Assembly: GCF_001677475.2 (NCBI RefSeq)
Contig: NZ_CP015229.1
Length of the DNA stretch: 64,000 bases
Direction: 5' to 3' (one strand)
Source of the DNA: Escherichia coli
GTDB lineage: Bacteria > Pseudomonadota > Gammaproteobacteria > Enterobacterales > Enterobacteriaceae
Part shown: in pieces, positions 10,205 through 21,440 of the stretch
How positions within the stretch are numbered: the first letter of the stretch is position 1
Layout: each line of letters starts with the position of its first letter
Notes under the pieces: generated by a model
What the model was told of the DNA's origin: nothing
The model's database searches: none
Seen by the model: only the letters and a program-made list of their open reading frames with translations
Made by a program: the position numbers and the translations under genes

Positions 10205-10716
10205 AGTGACACCTTCTTTACGGAGTTTTTCTTTATCAGCCAACTATGCGCTGATTGTTGTGTATATCGAGCGCAACTATAAAAAATTGCTCTGCAGAAA
10301 ATATTGCCAACATGCATGACAGACTCGTGTAAAAATCGTTCTAACATAGCAAATTATTGTCATTGCCGAAGCATGCAACACAGCGTTAATCAGTGTTGAA
10401 AGTAATAATTACTGTCAAACTTTCACAATAAAAAATTGTCATCATGATATAATAAAATTTAAACAAATATCACAATTCCCTTCCGCCAACCAAACCCAAC
10501 GAAATTTTATCCGCGATTAACCCCCTCAACCAACGCAATTAATTCACATTGAAACATCCACAAAATAACCAAGAAATTAATAACATATAGTTTATAAAAG
10601 CAATTTTATAATATTTGCCCTCTATTAATTTTTCTCATTAGCCGATTAAGTCAGCCATTCTTTTTCCTCGCTTTTTTTTATAGTCATATCGTCAAAAAAA
10701 TCCAGGCGAGGTCTTT
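10205..10716. promoter_or_regulatory. Divergent pduF / pduA control region
   Basis: 512-bp AT-rich intergenic region between divergent pduF and pduA with direct repeats of CAACCAA-like motifs. Confidence 0.6.
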
Positions 10717-11001
10717 ATGCAACAAGAAGCGTTAGGAATGGTAGAAACCAAAGGCTTAACTGCCGCCATAGAGGCCGCAGACGCCATGGTGAAGTCGGCA
10801 AATGTTTTGCTGGTCGGCTACGAAAAAATAGGTTCCGGGCTGGTGACAGTCATCGTTCGTGGTGATGTCGGGGCGGTAAAAGCGGCAACAGACGCAGGTG
10901 CCGCAGCTGCGCGTAACGTCGGCGAAGTAAAAGCCGTACACGTTATTCCCCGCCCACATACCGATGTCGAAAAAATCTTACCAAAGGGAATTAACCCATG
11001 A
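10717..11001 (+). CDS. pduA: Microcompartment shell protein PduA (BMC-H)
   Basis: 94 aa [30 protein letters not shown]..., matching Salmonella PduA as I recall it. Confidence 0.97.
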   Translation: MQQEALGMVETKGLTAAIEAADAMVKSANVLLVGYEKIGSGLVTVIVRGDVGAVKAATDAGAAAARNVGEVKAVHVIPRPHTDVEKILPKGINP

Positions 11002-11810
11002 GCAGCAATGAACTGGTCAAACAGATCATGGCGCAGGTCATCGCTCGCGTAGCGACGCCAGAGCATGAGGTTCTCCCGAAAACCACTCATCAAATACGAG
11101 AGACGGCTATGGCAGAAAAAAGCTGCACGTTAACAGAATTTGTTGGCACCGCTATTGGCGACACTGTAGGTCTGGTCATTGCGAACGTTGATAGCGCCCT
11201 GTTGGACGCGATGAAACTTGAAAAACGCTATCGTTCCATTGGCATTCTGGGTGCGCGTATTGGCGCAGGGCCACACATTATGGCCGCTGATGAAGCGGTA
11301 AAAGCCACCAACACTGAAGTTATTAGCATTGAACTTCCTCGGGATACTAAAGGCGGTGCCGGACATGGCTCATTGATCCTCTTAGGTGGCAACGATGTTT
11401 CCGACGTGAAACGCGGTATTGAAGTCGCCCTGAAAGAACTCGATCGGACCTTTGGCGATGTCTATGCCAACGAAGCCGGACATCTTGAGCTGCAATATAC
11501 CGCCCGCGCCAGCTATGCACTGGAAAAAGCGTTTGGAGCACCATTGGGACGGGCTTGCGGCGTTATTGTCGGCGCTCCGGCTGCGGTGGGTGTTCTGATG
11601 GCCGACACCGCGCTGAAGTCCGCCAATGTGGATGTCGTGGCATACAGCTCCCCCGCTCAAGGCACCAGCTACAGCAACGAAGTCATTCTGATTATCTCGG
11701 GTGACTCCGGCGCAGTCCGCCAGGCGGTCATCTCCGCACGCGAAATCGGTAAAACCGTGCTTTCGACTCTCGGCGATACACCGAAAAACGATCGCCCTTC
11801 CTACATCTGA
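10998..11810 (+). CDS. pduB: Microcompartment shell protein PduB (tandem BMC); internal PduB' start near 11109
   Basis: 270 aa [14 protein letters not shown]... with internal start [14 protein letters not shown]. Confidence 0.95.
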   Translation: MSSNELVKQIMAQVIARVATPEHEVLPKTTHQIRETAMAEKSCTLTEFVGTAIGDTVGLVIANVDSALLDAMKLEKRYRSIGILGARIGAGPHIMAADEAVKATNTEVISIELPRDTKGGAGHGSLILLGGNDVSDVKRGIEVALKELDRTFGDVYANEAGHLELQYTARASYALEKAFGAPLGRACGVIVGAPAAVGVLMADTALKSANVDVVAYSSPAQGTSYSNEVILIISGDSGAVRQAVISAREIGKTVLSTLGDTPKNDRPSYI

Positions 11811-11828
11811 ATTCTCTGAGGCAGATTT

Positions 11829-13493
11829 ATGAGATCGAAAAGATTTGAAGCACTGGCAAAACGCCCGGTCAACCAGGACGGTTTCGTTAAAGAGTGGATT
11901 GAAGAAGGCTTCATTGCGATGGAAAGCCCGAACGATCCTAAACCGTCAATCAAAATTGTTAACGGCGTCGTTACCGAACTGGATGGAAAACCCGCCAGTC
12001 AGTTTGACCTGATCGACCACTTTATCGCCCGCTACGGCATCAATCTCGCGCGCGCAGAGGAAGTCATCGCGATGGATTCGGTAAAACTGGCCAATATGTT
12101 GTGCGATCCAAATGTCAAACGTAGCAATATCGTTCCCCTTACCACAGCAATGACGCCTGCAAAAATAGTCGAAGTAGTTTCGCAGATGAACGTGGTAGAG
12201 ATGATGATGGCGATGCAGAAAATGCGCGCCCGTCGAACACCATCACAACAGGCTCACGTCACCAACGTCAAAGATAACCCGGTACAAATTGCCGCCGACG
12301 CAGCTGAAGGCGCATGGCGCGGGTTTGATGAACAGGAAACCACCGTTGCCGTTGCTCGCTATGCCCCGTTCAACGCCATCGCCCTGCTGGTCGGCTCACA
12401 GGTGGGACGCCCGGGCGTCTTGACCCAGTGTTCACTGGAAGAAGCCACCGAACTGAAACTCGGTATGTTAGGCCACACCTGTTACGCCGAAACAATTTCT
12501 GTCTATGGTACAGAACCTGTTTTCACCGATGGCGATGACACCCCGTGGTCAAAAGGATTTCTCGCGTCATCCTATGCTTCTCGCGGCTTAAAAATGCGCT
12601 TTACTTCCGGCTCTGGCTCTGAAGTACAGATGGGTTACGCGGAAGGTAAATCAATGCTTTATCTCGAGGCTCGTTGCATTTACATCACCAAAGCCGCAGG
12701 CGTTCAGGGCCTGCAGAGTGGTTCGGTAAGCTGCATCGGTGTTCCATCAGCTGTGCCATCAGGCATCCGCGCGGTATTAGCGGAAAACTTAATTTGCTCA
12801 TCGCTGGACCTGGAATGCGCCTCCAGTAATGACCAGACCTTTACCCACTCGGATATGCGCCGTACAGCACGTTTCCTGATGCAGTTTCTGCCAGGTACCG
12901 ACTTTATCTCTTCCGGTTTTTCCGCTGTGCCGAACTACGACAACATGTTTGCTGGTTCAAACGAAGATGCTGAAGACTTCGATGATTACAACGTCATTCA
13001 GCGTGACCTGAAGGTTGATGGCGGGCTGCGACCAGTACGCGAAGAAGATGTTATCGCTATCCGCAATAAAGCCGCTCGCGCTTTACAGGCTGTCTTTGCC
13101 GGTATGGGACTACCGCCTATTACCGATGAAGAAGTCGAAGCGGCAACCTATGCCCACGGTTCGAAAGATATGCCTGAGCGCAATATTGTGGAAGACATTA
13201 AGTTCGCCCAGGAGATTATCAATAAAAACCGTAACAGCCTGGAAGTGGTGAAAGCCCTGGCGCAAGGCGGTTTTACCGATGTCGCCCAGGCCATGCTCAA
13301 CATGCAAAAAGCAAAACTGACCGGCGATTATCTCCATACCTCAGCCATCATCGTCGATGACGGACAAGTGCTCTCTGCGGTCAATGACATCAATGATTAC
13401 GCCGGACCGGCTACAGGTTACCGCCTGCAAGGGGAACGCTGGGAAGAGATCAAAAATATTCCCGGTGCACTTGATCCCAACGAAATTGACTAA
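11829..13493 (+). CDS. pduC: B12-dependent propanediol dehydratase, large subunit
   Basis: 554 aa MRSKRFEALAKRPVNQDGFVKEWIEEG... Confidence 0.97.
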   Translation: MRSKRFEALAKRPVNQDGFVKEWIEEGFIAMESPNDPKPSIKIVNGVVTELDGKPASQFDLIDHFIARYGINLARAEEVIAMDSVKLANMLCDPNVKRSNIVPLTTAMTPAKIVEVVSQMNVVEMMMAMQKMRARRTPSQQAHVTNVKDNPVQIAADAAEGAWRGFDEQETTVAVARYAPFNAIALLVGSQVGRPGVLTQCSLEEATELKLGMLGHTCYAETISVYGTEPVFTDGDDTPWSKGFLASSYASRGLKMRFTSGSGSEVQMGYAEGKSMLYLEARCIYITKAAGVQGLQSGSVSCIGVPSAVPSGIRAVLAENLICSSLDLECASSNDQTFTHSDMRRTARFLMQFLPGTDFISSGFSAVPNYDNMFAGSNEDAEDFDDYNVIQRDLKVDGGLRPVREEDVIAIRNKAARALQAVFAGMGLPPITDEEVEAATYAHGSKDMPERNIVEDIKFAQEIINKNRNSLEVVKALAQGGFTDVAQAMLNMQKAKLTGDYLHTSAIIVDDGQVLSAVNDINDYAGPATGYRLQGERWEEIKNIPGALDPNEID

Positions 13494-13502
13494 GGGTGAG
13501 AA

Positions 13503-14171
13503 ATGGAAATTAACGAAAAATTACTGCGTCAGATTATCGAAGACGTGCTGGCAGAAATGCAAACCAGCGACAAGTCCGTTTCATTTCGCGCACCTGTCTC
13601 TGCAACTGCCTTTTCCGCGCCAGATACCGGAAATTTTCTGACCGAAATTGGCGAAGCACAACAAGGCACTCAGCAAGATGAAGTCATTATTGCTGTAGGC
13701 CCGGCGTTCGGCCTGGCGCAAACCGTCAATATCATCGGTATTCCGCATAAAAACATCTTGTGCGAAGTGATTGCCGGTATCGAAGAAGAAGGCATTAAAG
13801 CCCGTGTGATTCGCTGCTTTAAATCGTCCGATGTCGCATTCGTAGCAGTCGAAGGCGATCGTCTTAGTGGTTCAGGTATTGCTATCGGTATTCAGTCGAA
13901 AGGTACAACGGTTATCCACCAGCAAGGTCTTCCTCCCTTGTCTAACCTGGAACTTTTCCCACAAGCGCCTTTGTTGACGCTGGATACTTATCGTCAGATT
14001 GGCAAAAACGCCGCGCGTTATGCGAAGCGTGAGTCTCCACAACCGGTGCCGACCCTCAACGATCAAATGGCGCGGCCGAAATACCAGGCCAAATCTGCCA
14101 TTTTGCATATTAAAGAGACGAAGTACGTGGTCACTGGCAAAAAACCGCAAGAACTGCGCGTGACGTTTTAA
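13503..14171 (+). CDS. pduD: Propanediol dehydratase, medium subunit
   Basis: 222 aa; position and similarity. Confidence 0.95.
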   Translation: MEINEKLLRQIIEDVLAEMQTSDKSVSFRAPVSATAFSAPDTGNFLTEIGEAQQGTQQDEVIIAVGPAFGLAQTVNIIGIPHKNILCEVIAGIEEEGIKARVIRCFKSSDVAFVAVEGDRLSGSGIAIGIQSKGTTVIHQQGLPPLSNLELFPQAPLLTLDTYRQIGKNAARYAKRESPQPVPTLNDQMARPKYQAKSAILHIKETKYVVTGKKPQELRVTF

Positions 14172-14185
14172 CAAAGGAAACCTTC

Positions 14186-14704
14186 ATGAATACCGATGCA
14201 ATTGAGTCGATGGTCAGGGACGTGTTGAATCGCATGAACAGTTTACAGGATGCAGCTCCTGTTTCTGCGGTCCCCAACGCGTCAATACAGAGCGCCAAAG
14301 TGACGGATTACCCGCTGGCAAATAAACATCCGGAATGGGTTAAAACAGCGACCAATAAAACGCTCGACGATTTCACCCTGGAAAATGTGCTAAGCGATAA
14401 CGTCACCGCCCAGGATATGCGCATTACCCCTGAAACATTGCGTATTCAGGCTGCGATTGCCAGAGATGCTGGTCGCGATCGTCTGGCGATGAATTTTGAA
14501 CGCGCCGCTGAGCTTACCTCAGTACCGGATGATCGCATCCTCGAAATCTACAATGCGTTACGCCCTTATCGTTCAACTAAGCAAGAACTTATTGCCATTG
14601 CTGACGATCTTGAACGGCGTTATCAGGCCCAAATTTGTGCTGCATTTGTCCGTGAAGCTGCGGAACTTTATGTCGAGCGCAAAAAACTGAAAGGCGACGA
14701 TTAA
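14186..14704 (+). CDS. pduE: Propanediol dehydratase, small subunit
   Basis: 172 aa; position and similarity. Confidence 0.95.
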   Translation: MNTDAIESMVRDVLNRMNSLQDAAPVSAVPNASIQSAKVTDYPLANKHPEWVKTATNKTLDDFTLENVLSDNVTAQDMRITPETLRIQAAIARDAGRDRLAMNFERAAELTSVPDDRILEIYNALRPYRSTKQELIAIADDLERRYQAQICAAFVREAAELYVERKKLKGDD

Positions 14705-14713
14705 GGACGAACT

Positions 14714-16546
14714 ATGCGATATGTAGCAGGCATTGATATCGGCAACTCATCAACAGAGGTTGCGCTGGCAACGCTCAGTGCAACTGGAGAGTTGTCGTTC
14801 GTGAGTAGCGCCCTGGCGGAAACCACAGGAATTAAAGGTACGTTGCGTAACGTCCATGGTATTCAGGAGGCGCTCGCACAGGCAACGAAAAAAGTCGGCA
14901 TCAATGTTAGCGATATTTCGCTTATTCGTATCAATGAAGCAACCCCGGTCATTGGTGATGTGGCGATGGAAACCATCACTGAAACTATCATCACCGAATC
15001 AACCATGATCGGTCACAACCCGAAAACTCCGGGCGGAGTGGGGCTGGGCGTAGGGCTCACCATCACTCCGCAAGAGTTATTAACACGCCCGGCGGACACA
15101 CCTTACATTCTGGTGGTGTCATCGGCATTTGATTTTGCCGATATCGCGAAGATGATAAACGCCTCCGTACGAGCCGGATATCAGCTGACTGGCGTTATTC
15201 TACAACGCGACGATGGTGTGCTGGTCAATAACCGCCTGGAAATTCCTTTACCTATTGTGGATGAAGTCCTCTACATCGATCGTATTCCGCTCGGCATGCT
15301 GGCTGCAATTGAAGTTGCCGTTCCCGGGAAAGTTATCGAAACCCTGTCTAACCCGTATGGGATTGCCACCGTTTTCGCCCTCAATGCTGAAGAGACTAAA
15401 AATATTGTTCCTGTCGCGCGGGCGCTAATCGGCAACCGTTCAGCAGTGGTAGTGAAAACGCCCTCTGGCGACGTTAAAGCCCGTTCGATACCCGCCGGAA
15501 ATATCGAACTGCTTTCTGCCGGGCGCACAACGCGGGTTGATGTAGCTGCTGGTGCCGATGCCATTATGAAAGCGGTCGGTGAGTGCCCAAAACTGGAAAA
15601 CGTGACAGGAGAACCAGGCACCAACATCGGCGGAATGCTGGAACATGTTCGCCAGACCATGGCGGAACTGACCAACAAACCCAGCAACGAAATTTTTATT
15701 CAGGATTTGCTGGCGATAGATACCTCTGTCCCCGTCAGCGTAACCGGCGGTCTGGCAGGTGAATTTTCACTGGAACAGGCTGTGGGTATTGCTTCTATGG
15801 TGAAATCCGACCGTCTGCAAATGGCGATGATCGCCAGTGAAATTAAGCAAAAACTGCATGTTGATGTTCAGGTCGGAGGCGCAGAAGCAGAAGCCGCCAT
15901 TCAGGGGGCCTTGACTACCCCAGGAACCACACGTCCACTGGCAATTCTGGACTTAGGTGCAGGCTCTACCGATGCCTCCATCATCAATCAGAAAGGGGAA
16001 ATCGTTGCCACTCACCTTGCGGGAGCGGGCGACATGGTAACGATGATTATCGCTCGTGAGCTGGGCTTAAATGATCGTTATCTGGCAGAAGAAATCAAAA
16101 AGTACCCGTTGGCAAAAGTAGAAAGCCTGTTCCACTTACGCCATGAAGATGGCAGCGTTCAGTTCTTCCCTACTCCCCTATCCCCTCATGTATTCGCCCG
16201 CGTTTGTGTGGTGAAACCTGACGAACTGGTGCCTATTCCCGGTGATTTGACGCTGGAAAAAGTACGCGCTGTTCGTCGCAGTGCGAAAGAACGTGTCTTC
16301 GTAACCAATGCCCTGCGCGCGCTACGTCAGGTAAGCCCTGCCGGAAATATTCGCGACATTCCGTTCGTCGTTCTGGTGGGTGGTTCTTCGCTGGATTTCG
16401 AAGTACCGCAATTGGTCACCGACGCGCTGGCACATTATCGACTGGTCGCCGGGCGGGGGAATATCCGTGGTAGCGAAGGTCCGCGCAACGCGGTAGCTAC
16501 TGGGCTACTCATCGCCTGGCACAAGGAGTCGATTCATGGAAAGTAA
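14714..16546 (+). CDS. pduG: Diol dehydratase reactivase, large subunit
   Basis: 610 aa MRYVAGIDIGNSSTEVALA... (actin-like ATPase fold). Confidence 0.95.
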   Translation: MRYVAGIDIGNSSTEVALATLSATGELSFVSSALAETTGIKGTLRNVHGIQEALAQATKKVGINVSDISLIRINEATPVIGDVAMETITETIITESTMIGHNPKTPGGVGLGVGLTITPQELLTRPADTPYILVVSSAFDFADIAKMINASVRAGYQLTGVILQRDDGVLVNNRLEIPLPIVDEVLYIDRIPLGMLAAIEVAVPGKVIETLSNPYGIATVFALNAEETKNIVPVARALIGNRSAVVVKTPSGDVKARSIPAGNIELLSAGRTTRVDVAAGADAIMKAVGECPKLENVTGEPGTNIGGMLEHVRQTMAELTNKPSNEIFIQDLLAIDTSVPVSVTGGLAGEFSLEQAVGIASMVKSDRLQMAMIASEIKQKLHVDVQVGGAEAEAAIQGALTTPGTTRPLAILDLGAGSTDASIINQKGEIVATHLAGAGDMVTMIIARELGLNDRYLAEEIKKYPLAKVESLFHLRHEDGSVQFFPTPLSPHVFARVCVVKPDELVPIPGDLTLEKVRAVRRSAKERVFVTNALRALRQVSPAGNIRDIPFVVLVGGSSLDFEVPQLVTDALAHYRLVAGRGNIRGSEGPRNAVATGLLIAWHKESIHGK

Positions 16547-16886
16547 AGAGCGTGCACCAGCCATCGTCGTCATGGAGATCGGTGACTGTATCACTACATG
16601 GGATGAAGTGCTTCTTGGCATTGAAGAGGAAGGTATTCCCTTTCGCATTCAACACATTCCGTCAGGTGAAGTTATCGATAGCGCCTGGCTGGCTGCTCGT
16701 CAATCTCCCCTGTTGGTTGGCATTGCCTGCGATCAGGAAAAACTGATTGTACATTACAAAAACTTACCGGCATCAGCGCCACTGTTTACGCTGATGTATC
16801 AACAAGATAACCATGCCCGGCGCAGCATCGGCACTAACGCTGCCCGCCTGGTAAAAGGGATTCCCTTCCGGGAACTCCACTCATAA
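16536..16886 (+). CDS. pduH: Diol dehydratase reactivase, small subunit
   Basis: 116 aa; overlaps the pduG stop by 11 nt. Confidence 0.9.
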   Translation: MESKERAPAIVVMEIGDCITTWDEVLLGIEEEGIPFRIQHIPSGEVIDSAWLAARQSPLLVGIACDQEKLIVHYKNLPASAPLFTLMYQQDNHARRSIGTNAARLVKGIPFRELHS

Positions 16887-16905
16887 TCCACAGGAGAAAC
16901 GCAGT

Positions 16906-17181
16906 ATGAACAACGCACTAGGACTGGTTGAAACAAAAGGGTTAGTTGGCGCAATTGAAGCTGCAGATGCCATGGTTAAATCCGCCAACGTGCAACTGGT
17001 TGGCTATGAAAAGATTGGTTCGGGTCTGATTACGGTGATGGTCCGCGGTGATGTTGGTGCAGTAAAGGCCGCCGTGGATGCGGGGAGCGCTGCGGCAAGC
17101 GCAGTTGGCGAAGTGAAATCCTGCCATGTCATCCCGCGCCCACACAGTGATGTTGAGGCTATTTTACCTAAATCGGCATAA
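16906..17181 (+). CDS. pduJ: Microcompartment shell protein PduJ (BMC-H)
   Basis: 91 aa [29 protein letters not shown]... Confidence 0.95.
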   Translation: MNNALGLVETKGLVGAIEAADAMVKSANVQLVGYEKIGSGLITVMVRGDVGAVKAAVDAGSAAASAVGEVKSCHVIPRPHSDVEAILPKSA

Positions 17182-17204
17182 CCCCATTTGCTAAGGAGCA
17201 CAGC

Positions 17205-17627
17205 GTGAAGCAATCACTGGGATTACTTGAAGTCAGTGGTCTGGCTCTCGCCATCAGTTGCGCAGACGCTATGGCAAAAGCCGCGTCCATCACGCTGGTT
17301 GGCCTTGAGAAGACCAATGGCTCAGGCTGGACGCTCATCAAAATCACCGGTGACGTCGCCTCGGTTAATGCGGCGATCGCGACGGGAGCCAGTTTCGCCG
17401 GACAGCGAAATGGCCTTGTCGCACACAAAGTGATTGCCCGCCCGGGAGACGGCATTCTGCCCCACACAACTGAAGCATTGACCGTGACGGTTGAAACAAG
17501 CAAAACACCAGCAACAACCGTCACCTCAGAGATTATCAGTTGTAATTTGTGTCTTGACCCGGCATGTCAGCGGCAAAAAGGTGAGCCCCGCTCACTTTGC
17601 CTGTACGCCAATAAGCGAGGGGAGTAG
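17205..17627 (+). CDS. pduK: Microcompartment shell protein PduK (BMC-H with C-terminal Cys-rich tail)
   Basis: 140 aa; BMC domain plus CNLCLDPAC motif. Confidence 0.9.
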   Translation: MKQSLGLLEVSGLALAISCADAMAKAASITLVGLEKTNGSGWTLIKITGDVASVNAAIATGASFAGQRNGLVAHKVIARPGDGILPHTTEALTVTVETSKTPATTVTSEIISCNLCLDPACQRQKGEPRSLCLYANKRGE

Positions 17628-17629
17628 CA

Positions 17630-18262
17630 GTGGATAAACAAACCCTGCAGGAAACAGTGAGCCAGATTCTGGATGAGATGCGCGAGCGCCCTATCCCACT
17701 GGGCGTTTCCAGTCGCCATATTCATCTTTCAACAGCGGATTATTTGCGTCTTTTTCCTGAACAACCGATTAGCGAGAAAAAGCCGTTAATGCAACCTGGC
17801 CAATTCGCTGCTGAACAGGTTGTTACGCTGGAGGGACCAAAAGGCAAATTGCACAACGTTCGCTTGTTGGGGCCGCTACGCAATGCAAGCCAGGTGGAAA
17901 TTTCCCGGACGGACGCCAGAACGTTAGGGATCACCGCCCCGCTACGCATGTCAGGCGATCTCAGCGGCACTCCGGGGATTCGTTTGATAAGCCCATTTGC
18001 GGAACTGGAGATCACATCTGGCGTCATTGTCGCGCAACGGCATATTCATATGTCTCCGCTGGATGCCCTGATTTATGGCGTTACGCATGGCGATAAATTG
18101 GCGGTTGCCATTGAAGGTGATGAGCGAGGACTGATATTCGAAAACGTCGCTGTTCGCGTCTCTCCGGATATGCGTCTTGAAATGCATATTGATACCGATG
18201 AGGCCAACGCCGCAGGCGCTGATAGCCCTGACGTTTTTGCCACACTGGTGTCAGTGCCATGA
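17630..18262 (+). CDS. pduL: Phosphate propanoyltransferase
   Basis: 210 aa; PduL/EutD-like duplicated fold. Confidence 0.9.
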   Translation: MDKQTLQETVSQILDEMRERPIPLGVSSRHIHLSTADYLRLFPEQPISEKKPLMQPGQFAAEQVVTLEGPKGKLHNVRLLGPLRNASQVEISRTDARTLGITAPLRMSGDLSGTPGIRLISPFAELEITSGVIVAQRHIHMSPLDALIYGVTHGDKLAVAIEGDERGLIFENVAVRVSPDMRLEMHIDTDEANAAGADSPDVFATLVSVP

Positions 18263-18750
18263 ATAACATGCTGATGCAACGTATTGTTGACGAAGTGGTT
18301 TTTCGCCTTAAACAACGTGCGGGAAAAGCACTCGTGCTGACTGTTTTTCAACTGCGAGACGCCAGCGTTCAAGAGAGCGTTCATCAGTATGCGTCATTAC
18401 AAATCCGATATGTCGATCTGCCGTTGTTACGACAACTTGCGGAGAACAAAACGTCAGATCGAGCAGCAATTCAGATACACGAAGCGTTAGCCTGGGGATT
18501 GCACATTCAATTGTCGTTGCAGCGTCATTTCCTGAACGCCATTGAATTGAAGACTCTCGCCCGTCTACCGCTAAGCTGGTGCGACGAGCAAGGGCAACCG
18601 ATCTACCTTCATCGTGATCGACTTTTAAGTTATGCCGATATTGCACAGTTAAGCTCGGGAATACTGGTGTTACAGCGAAAATGTTGTGTGACCGCACTGG
18701 CTCGTGAAGCGGCAATTACCCGAAATATTCAGTTAATCAGGCAGGAGTAA
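18259..18750 (+). CDS. pduM: Microcompartment structural protein PduM
   Basis: 163 aa; position between pduL and pduN. Confidence 0.85.
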   Translation: MNNMLMQRIVDEVVFRLKQRAGKALVLTVFQLRDASVQESVHQYASLQIRYVDLPLLRQLAENKTSDRAAIQIHEALAWGLHIQLSLQRHFLNAIELKTLARLPLSWCDEQGQPIYLHRDRLLSYADIAQLSSGILVLQRKCCVTALAREAAITRNIQLIRQE

Positions 18751-18753
18751 CCT

Positions 18754-19029
18754 ATGCATCTGGCTCGAGTCACTGGCGCGGTAGTATCCACGCAAAAATC
18801 ACCTTCTCTGATCGGGAAAAAACTGCTGCTGGTTCGCCGGGTCAGTGCTGACGGCGAACTGCCTCTCACGCCATTAACCGGCGACGAAGTTGCCGTTGAT
18901 TCCGTCGGCGCAGGCGTTGGTGAGTTGGTACTCCTCAGCAGTGGTTCCAGTGCCAGACATGTGTTTTCAGGCCCTAACGAGGCCATCGACCTGGCAGTGG
19001 TCGGCATTGTCGATACGCTTTCGCGCTAA
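18754..19029 (+). CDS. pduN: Microcompartment vertex protein PduN (BMC-P)
   Basis: 91 aa [15 protein letters not shown]... EutN/CcmL family. Confidence 0.9.
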   Translation: MHLARVTGAVVSTQKSPSLIGKKLLLVRRVSADGELPLTPLTGDEVAVDSVGAGVGELVLLSSGSSARHVFSGPNEAIDLAVVGIVDTLSR

Positions 19030-19040
19030 GGAGCTGAAAG

Positions 19041-20048
19041 ATGGCAATTTATACCCGAACAGGTGATTCAGGAAGTACGTCTTTATTTACCGGACAGCGC
19101 GTCAGCAAAACTCATCTACGTGTCGAAACCTATGGCACGCTGGATGAACTGAACGCGACACTCAGTCTGTGTTATTGCGCCACCGCCATCGAAAGCCATC
19201 GCATCTTACTGGAAGCTATTCAACAACAGATATTTTGGTTTAGCGCCGAACTCGCCAGTGAAAGCGAACAGCCGTCAGCGCAGCAGCGTTACATCGGTAC
19301 GGAAGAAATTGCCGCGCTGGAAAACGCGATCGATAGCGCAATGAACGCCGTCCCCCCAGTTCACAGCTTCATTCTGCCTGGTCGATGTGAAGCCGCGAGC
19401 CGCATGCATTTCGCCCGCACAGTGGCTCGACGGGCTGAAAGACGTCTGGTTGAACTGACAACGGAAACCACCGTCCGGAAGGTTTTGCTGCACTATATCA
19501 ACCGACTTTCCGATTGTCTGTATGCCCTCGCCCGCGTGGAAGACAACGTTGCTCATCAAAACCTGATGATTCAGGAAATCACAAAACGTTATCACGAAGC
19601 CAACCATACACCAGCATTGAAGGAACGCACAATGCCGCTCACTTTTCAGGATCTTCACCAGCTCATTCGTAGTGCGGCAATGCGCGCAGATGAACTGCAT
19701 ATTCCCGTTGTCATCAGCATTGTTGATGCCAACGGAACAGAAAGTGTTACCTGGCGGATGCCTGATGCCCTGTTGGTCAGCAGTGAACTGGCACCGAAAA
19801 AAGCCTGGACCGCCGTGGCGATGAAAACGGCAACCCACAAACTTGCTGATACCGTGCAACCCGGCGCGCCGCTTTACGGGCTCGAAAGCCATATGCAAGG
19901 CAAAGTCGTCACTTTTGGTGGCGGCTTCCCCCTCTGGCGTGACGGAATATTGCTTGGCGGGCTTGGCATCAGCGGCGGTAGCGTTGAACAAGACATGGAT
20001 ATTGCTCAAAGCGCAATGGCGGCAATTAACGTGGGAGTAAACCAATGA
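19041..20048 (+). CDS. pduO: ATP:cob(I)alamin adenosyltransferase (PduO type, with C-terminal DUF336-like domain)
   Basis: 335 aa MAIYTRTGDSGSTSLFTGQRVSK... Confidence 0.95.
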   Translation: MAIYTRTGDSGSTSLFTGQRVSKTHLRVETYGTLDELNATLSLCYCATAIESHRILLEAIQQQIFWFSAELASESEQPSAQQRYIGTEEIAALENAIDSAMNAVPPVHSFILPGRCEAASRMHFARTVARRAERRLVELTTETTVRKVLLHYINRLSDCLYALARVEDNVAHQNLMIQEITKRYHEANHTPALKERTMPLTFQDLHQLIRSAAMRADELHIPVVISIVDANGTESVTWRMPDALLVSSELAPKKAWTAVAMKTATHKLADTVQPGAPLYGLESHMQGKVVTFGGGFPLWRDGILLGGLGISGGSVEQDMDIAQSAMAAINVGVNQ

Positions 20049-21430
20049 ATAACTCTGAATTAGAAACACTGATCCGCAATATTCTGCGCGAGCAACTTGT
20101 CCCCGCTACACCACGAACGCAAAGAAACGCTATTTTCCAGACTGTTGATGAAGCGGTCTGCGCAGCACACCAGGCCTTTTTACGCTTTCAACAGTGCCCG
20201 CTGAAAACCCGTAGCGCCATTATCAGCGCCATTCGCGAAGAATTAATGCCCCGCCTTACCGAACTGGCAGAAGAAAGCGCCAAAGAAACGGGGATGGGAA
20301 ATAAAGAAGATAAGTACCTAAAAAACAAAGCGGCACTCGATAACACGCCAGGAATTGAAGATTTAACCACCACTGCACTAACCGGTGATGGTGGCATGGT
20401 TTTGTTTGAATACTCCCCGTTTGGGGTTATTGGCTCGGTCACGCCGAGCACCAACCCCACGGAAACCATCATTAACAACAGCATCAGCATGCTGGCAGCA
20501 GGTAATAGCGTCTACTTCAGTCCACACCCGGGAGCCAAATACGTTTCGTTAAAACTGATTACCACAATCGAAGACATCGCGTTTCGCTGTAGTGGCATTC
20601 ATAACCTGATCGTTACCGTATCTGAACCGACCTTTGCTGCTACCGAACAGATGATGGCGCACCCTAAAATCAGCGTTCTGGCGATTACCGGCGGTCCGGG
20701 GATCGTCGCCATGGGAATGAAAAGTGGCAAGAAAGTGATTGGTGCCGGAGCGGGTAACCCTCCGTGTATCGTCGATGAAACGGCGGATATTGTGAAAGCC
20801 GTCGAAGATATCATCAACGGCGCTTCATTTGATTACAACCTGCCGTGTATCGCTGAAAAAAGCCTGATTGTCGTAGCATCAGTGGCAGAGTATTTAATTC
20901 AGCAGATGCAAAGTTTTGGCGCGCTTCTTCTTAACTATGAGCAAACGGAGAAATTGCGTGCAATTTGCCTGCCAGACGGTAGCGCCAACAAAAAACTGGT
21001 TGGGAAAAGCCCATCAGCCTTGCTGGAAGCGGCAGGCCTCCCTTTGCCCGCAAAAGCGCCGCGCCTACTGATTGCTGTTGTCGACGCCAATGATAGTTGG
21101 GTTACTTGTGAACAACTGATGCCAATGCTGCCCATTGTGAAGGTCAACGATTTTGATAGCGCTCTCGCCCTGGCGCTGAAAGTGGAAGACGGCTTGCACC
21201 ACACGGCAATTATGCACTCGCAGAACGTCTCACGGCTCAACCTTGCCGCACGCGTTATGCAAACCTCAATCTTTGTCAAAAACGGCCCCTCCTGGGCGGG
21301 TATTGGCGTCGGCGGCGAAGGCTTTACGACCTTTACCATTGCAACACCGACCGGAGAAGGGACAACGTCAGCACGGACTTTTGCCCGCTCACGACGCTGC
21401 GTGTTAACCAGCGGCTTTTCAATTCGCTAG
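20045..21430 (+). CDS. pduP: CoA-acylating propionaldehyde dehydrogenase
   Basis: 461 aa aldehyde dehydrogenase family with N-terminal encapsulation-peptide-like helix (MNNSELETLIRNILREQL). Confidence 0.95.
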   Translation: MNNSELETLIRNILREQLVPATPRTQRNAIFQTVDEAVCAAHQAFLRFQQCPLKTRSAIISAIREELMPRLTELAEESAKETGMGNKEDKYLKNKAALDNTPGIEDLTTTALTGDGGMVLFEYSPFGVIGSVTPSTNPTETIINNSISMLAAGNSVYFSPHPGAKYVSLKLITTIEDIAFRCSGIHNLIVTVSEPTFAATEQMMAHPKISVLAITGGPGIVAMGMKSGKKVIGAGAGNPPCIVDETADIVKAVEDIINGASFDYNLPCIAEKSLIVVASVAEYLIQQMQSFGALLLNYEQTEKLRAICLPDGSANKKLVGKSPSALLEAAGLPLPAKAPRLLIAVVDANDSWVTCEQLMPMLPIVKVNDFDSALALALKVEDGLHHTAIMHSQNVSRLNLAARVMQTSIFVKNGPSWAGIGVGGEGFTTFTIATPTGEGTTSARTFARSRRCVLTSGFSIR

Positions 21431-21440
21431 AGAAACGGAA

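Noticed and set aside
10756-11660. Several 65-92 aa ORFs antisense to pduA/pduB
   Set aside because: Overlap the highly conserved BMC shell genes; regarded as spurious six-frame artefacts.
19275-20069. 264-aa ORF antisense to pduO/pduP
   Set aside because: Lies entirely within well-supported pdu coding sequence on the opposite strand; no RBS context and a Cys/His/Arg-rich low-complexity translation typical of antisense frames in GC-rich genes.
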